A stretch of 15,821 nucleotides of DNA from IMG/VR virus record IMGVR_UViG_3300035698_027074; one strand, given 5' to 3'. Source of the stretch: a virus. Lineage: Duplodnaviria > Heunggongvirae > Uroviricota > Caudoviricetes. The notes under the pieces were generated by a model, which saw only the letters and a list, made by a program, of their open reading frames with translations, did no database searches and was not told where the DNA came from. Of this stretch, positions 14,397-15,821 are shown one piece after another (within the stretch, counting starts at the first letter, position 1; each line of letters begins with the position of its first letter). Both the position numbers and the translations under genes were made by a program.

Positions 14397-14603
14397 TCAT
14401 TTAACAAGTTTCCAAGAAAGTATATTACTCACCTGTTGTTTCTCTACCAGTCCCTTTTCCTGTAATTCAATAAGTAAACTGTTCGTTAGTCCCCAACTTC
14501 TTGCAACTTTCTTTGATATTTGAAATGTAGACTGTAGTCTATTCGTTAACACTTCTAATATTTGTTTTTTTACCATATCCTTCTGCTCAGTAGTCATCAT
14601 CAT
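14397..14603 (-). CDS. Winged helix-turn-helix protein
   Basis: KKQILEVL...STFQISKKV..SWGLTNSLLIELQEKGLVEK...WKL is a wHTH pattern. The start is one of the ATGs at 14597-14603, overlapping the upstream stop. Confidence 0.7.
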   Translation of the reverse strand: MMMTTEQKDMVKKQILEVLTNRLQSTFQISKKVARSWGLTNSLLIELQEKGLVEKQQVSNILSWKLVK

Positions 14604-15591
14604 CTTCATCATCCTCATGCTCGGGTTGGACATGAGGTACATCGTCTGCTCTTAGTAAACTAATGTACACTATTTTATTTCCTTCTGTTCTGATTATTGC
14701 TTGTCCCAAAAGGTTTGGTGACCTTAGATTGTAAACCTTAAATCCACTAGATACTTCCTTTTCAGTCATTTCAACTTCCTGTTCCAAGAATGGTTCTATT
14801 TTTTGGTTCATAAATGAAACAAAATTTGCCTTTATTCCAAGTACTTGTGAAATTATATCTTTTGTTGTTGATACTTTATCTGAGTCAATTACTGGTTTGT
14901 AACACATTATCTTGTTTGCTTTTATTAGTGTCAATGCGTCTGCTCCATAACTGTCCCTAATCAAAAGTCTCCATATTTTTCTCCATGAACCATAATTTGG
15001 ATAAACTTCTATTCCTGCAACTTCGTTGTTAATCATAATCACTGCTCCCAATTGTTTTTCTACTGGTTCAAATTGTGCAACAAATTCCTTAAGTTCTTTA
15101 TCAAAAGATTTATAGAATTGTTCCATTGTATTTCCCCTGATTCCAATATCCTTTAGGTATTTTTCAATGTCTTTCCATAGAACTGAACAACTACCACTTT
15201 CTTGTCCAAGAATTGCTGGTACTCTCAATCTTGCTGGTATAAAACTGAATTCCATTTTTCCTAGTTTTATGTGACTTGTTTCACTTGGTTGAATACATCC
15301 TACATTCATCTCTTTCTTTTCTTGTGGTTTAATTACTGTTGAACTTAAGACTGTCCTATCCTGTCCCTTACTTCCTGTTACGAATTTAGTTCCTTGTGGT
15401 ACTATTACTGGTTTGTCTCCAACATTCTCTAATGTAAGTCTACTGTAATCTGTATCTTTCACTATTTGGAAAACCATCTCACTTGACAGTTCATCTATTT
15501 CCCTATCTGATACTATAGGTAACACTGCCATGTTTGCTACATTTTGTGGCATTTGGAATCTCATTCCTGAAAGTAAATCTTTAATCTTCAT
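14587..15591 (-). CDS. ARPP-family (DUF6569/ARPP-1 or ARPP-2-like) protein
   Basis: QN.ANMAVLPIV...L.LEN.GDKPVIVP.G...KGQDRTV....VIKP.....VGCIQ and FVAQFEPVEKQLGAVIMIN..VAGIEVYP...W resemble ARPP-family motifs (from recall). ATGA overlap with the upstream gene. Confidence 0.62.
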   Translation of the reverse strand: MKIKDLLSGMRFQMPQNVANMAVLPIVSDREIDELSSEMVFQIVKDTDYSRLTLENVGDKPVIVPQGTKFVTGSKGQDRTVLSSTVIKPQEKKEMNVGCIQPSETSHIKLGKMEFSFIPARLRVPAILGQESGSCSVLWKDIEKYLKDIGIRGNTMEQFYKSFDKELKEFVAQFEPVEKQLGAVIMINNEVAGIEVYPNYGSWRKIWRLLIRDSYGADALTLIKANKIMCYKPVIDSDKVSTTKDIISQVLGIKANFVSFMNQKIEPFLEQEVEMTEKEVSSGFKVYNLRSPNLLGQAIIRTEGNKIVYISLLRADDVPHVQPEHEDDEDDDDY

Positions 15592-15821
15592 TTGTCTTCA
15601 CCTTTCTTTTTCTTCTTCTTTGGAGTTATTTCAACCTTTTTTCTTAGTCCATTTAACACTTTCTTGATTTCCTTTGTCTTTTTGTAGTGTGCTAGAATTA
15701 TCAATAACAATAATCCCACTTGTTTTGTATCTCTTAGACCAAGTGTCATTATTCCCTTATGTAATCTCTTGATTTCCCCTGCTTTTGGTGCGTGAACTGG
15801 ATTTATATGTACAATCATTGT
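15588..15821 (-). CDS. C-terminal fragment of a larger protein (continues past the right edge), probably the vWA/TROVE-like partner of ARPP-2
   Basis: The frame is open to base 15821 (ACA before ATG), so the Met is probably internal. IVHINPV....GEIKRL....TLGLRD resembles the VVHLNPV...VRRL...PTVGIRD C-terminus I recall from genes preceding ARPP-2 genes. Confidence 0.5.
   Translation of the reverse strand, partial: TMIVHINPVHAPKAGEIKRLHKGIMTLGLRDTKQVGLLLLIILAHYKKTKEIKKVLNGLRKKVEITPKKKKKKGEDK

Noticed and set aside
1-15821. Stop-codon recoding
   Set aside because: TAA, TAG and TGA all terminate well-packed genes with normal overlaps, consistent with the standard prokaryotic code.

Overview
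AT-rich (roughly 30% GC by eye), gene-dense window with almost all genes on the minus strand. The signals are archaeal: TTTAAATA-type TATA boxes about 30-45 nt upstream of starts, GGTGA/GAGGT Shine-Dalgarno sites, and N-x-S/T-rich exported proteins. The gene content is viral or mobile-element-like (phage-type RuvC, DUF6745-like protein and its RQGD-motif partner, probable RHH and wHTH regulators, many small ORFans) with no housekeeping genes. Best reading: part of an archaeal virus, provirus or large extrachromosomal element. The left 8.5 kb is dominated by membrane and secreted proteins: a DUF2341-like protein, a CPBP/CAAX-type intramembrane protease, an internally duplicated membrane protein, a very basic 74-aa protein, tandem paralogous glycoproteins and a type I membrane glycoprotein. 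The middle holds small accessory genes and a short non-coding island with structured-RNA features. The right end has a Cys-rich repeat surface protein, a lone plus-strand XPB/Rad25-like SF2 helicase, and a coupled operon of a truncated vWA/TROVE-like gene, an ARPP-family protein and a wHTH. A perfect palindrome TAATTAATTA occurs at least 7 times, always in front of a gene. No capsid, terminase, integrase, CRISPR array or intact tRNA was recognised. All family assignments come from motif recognition and recall, not database searches.
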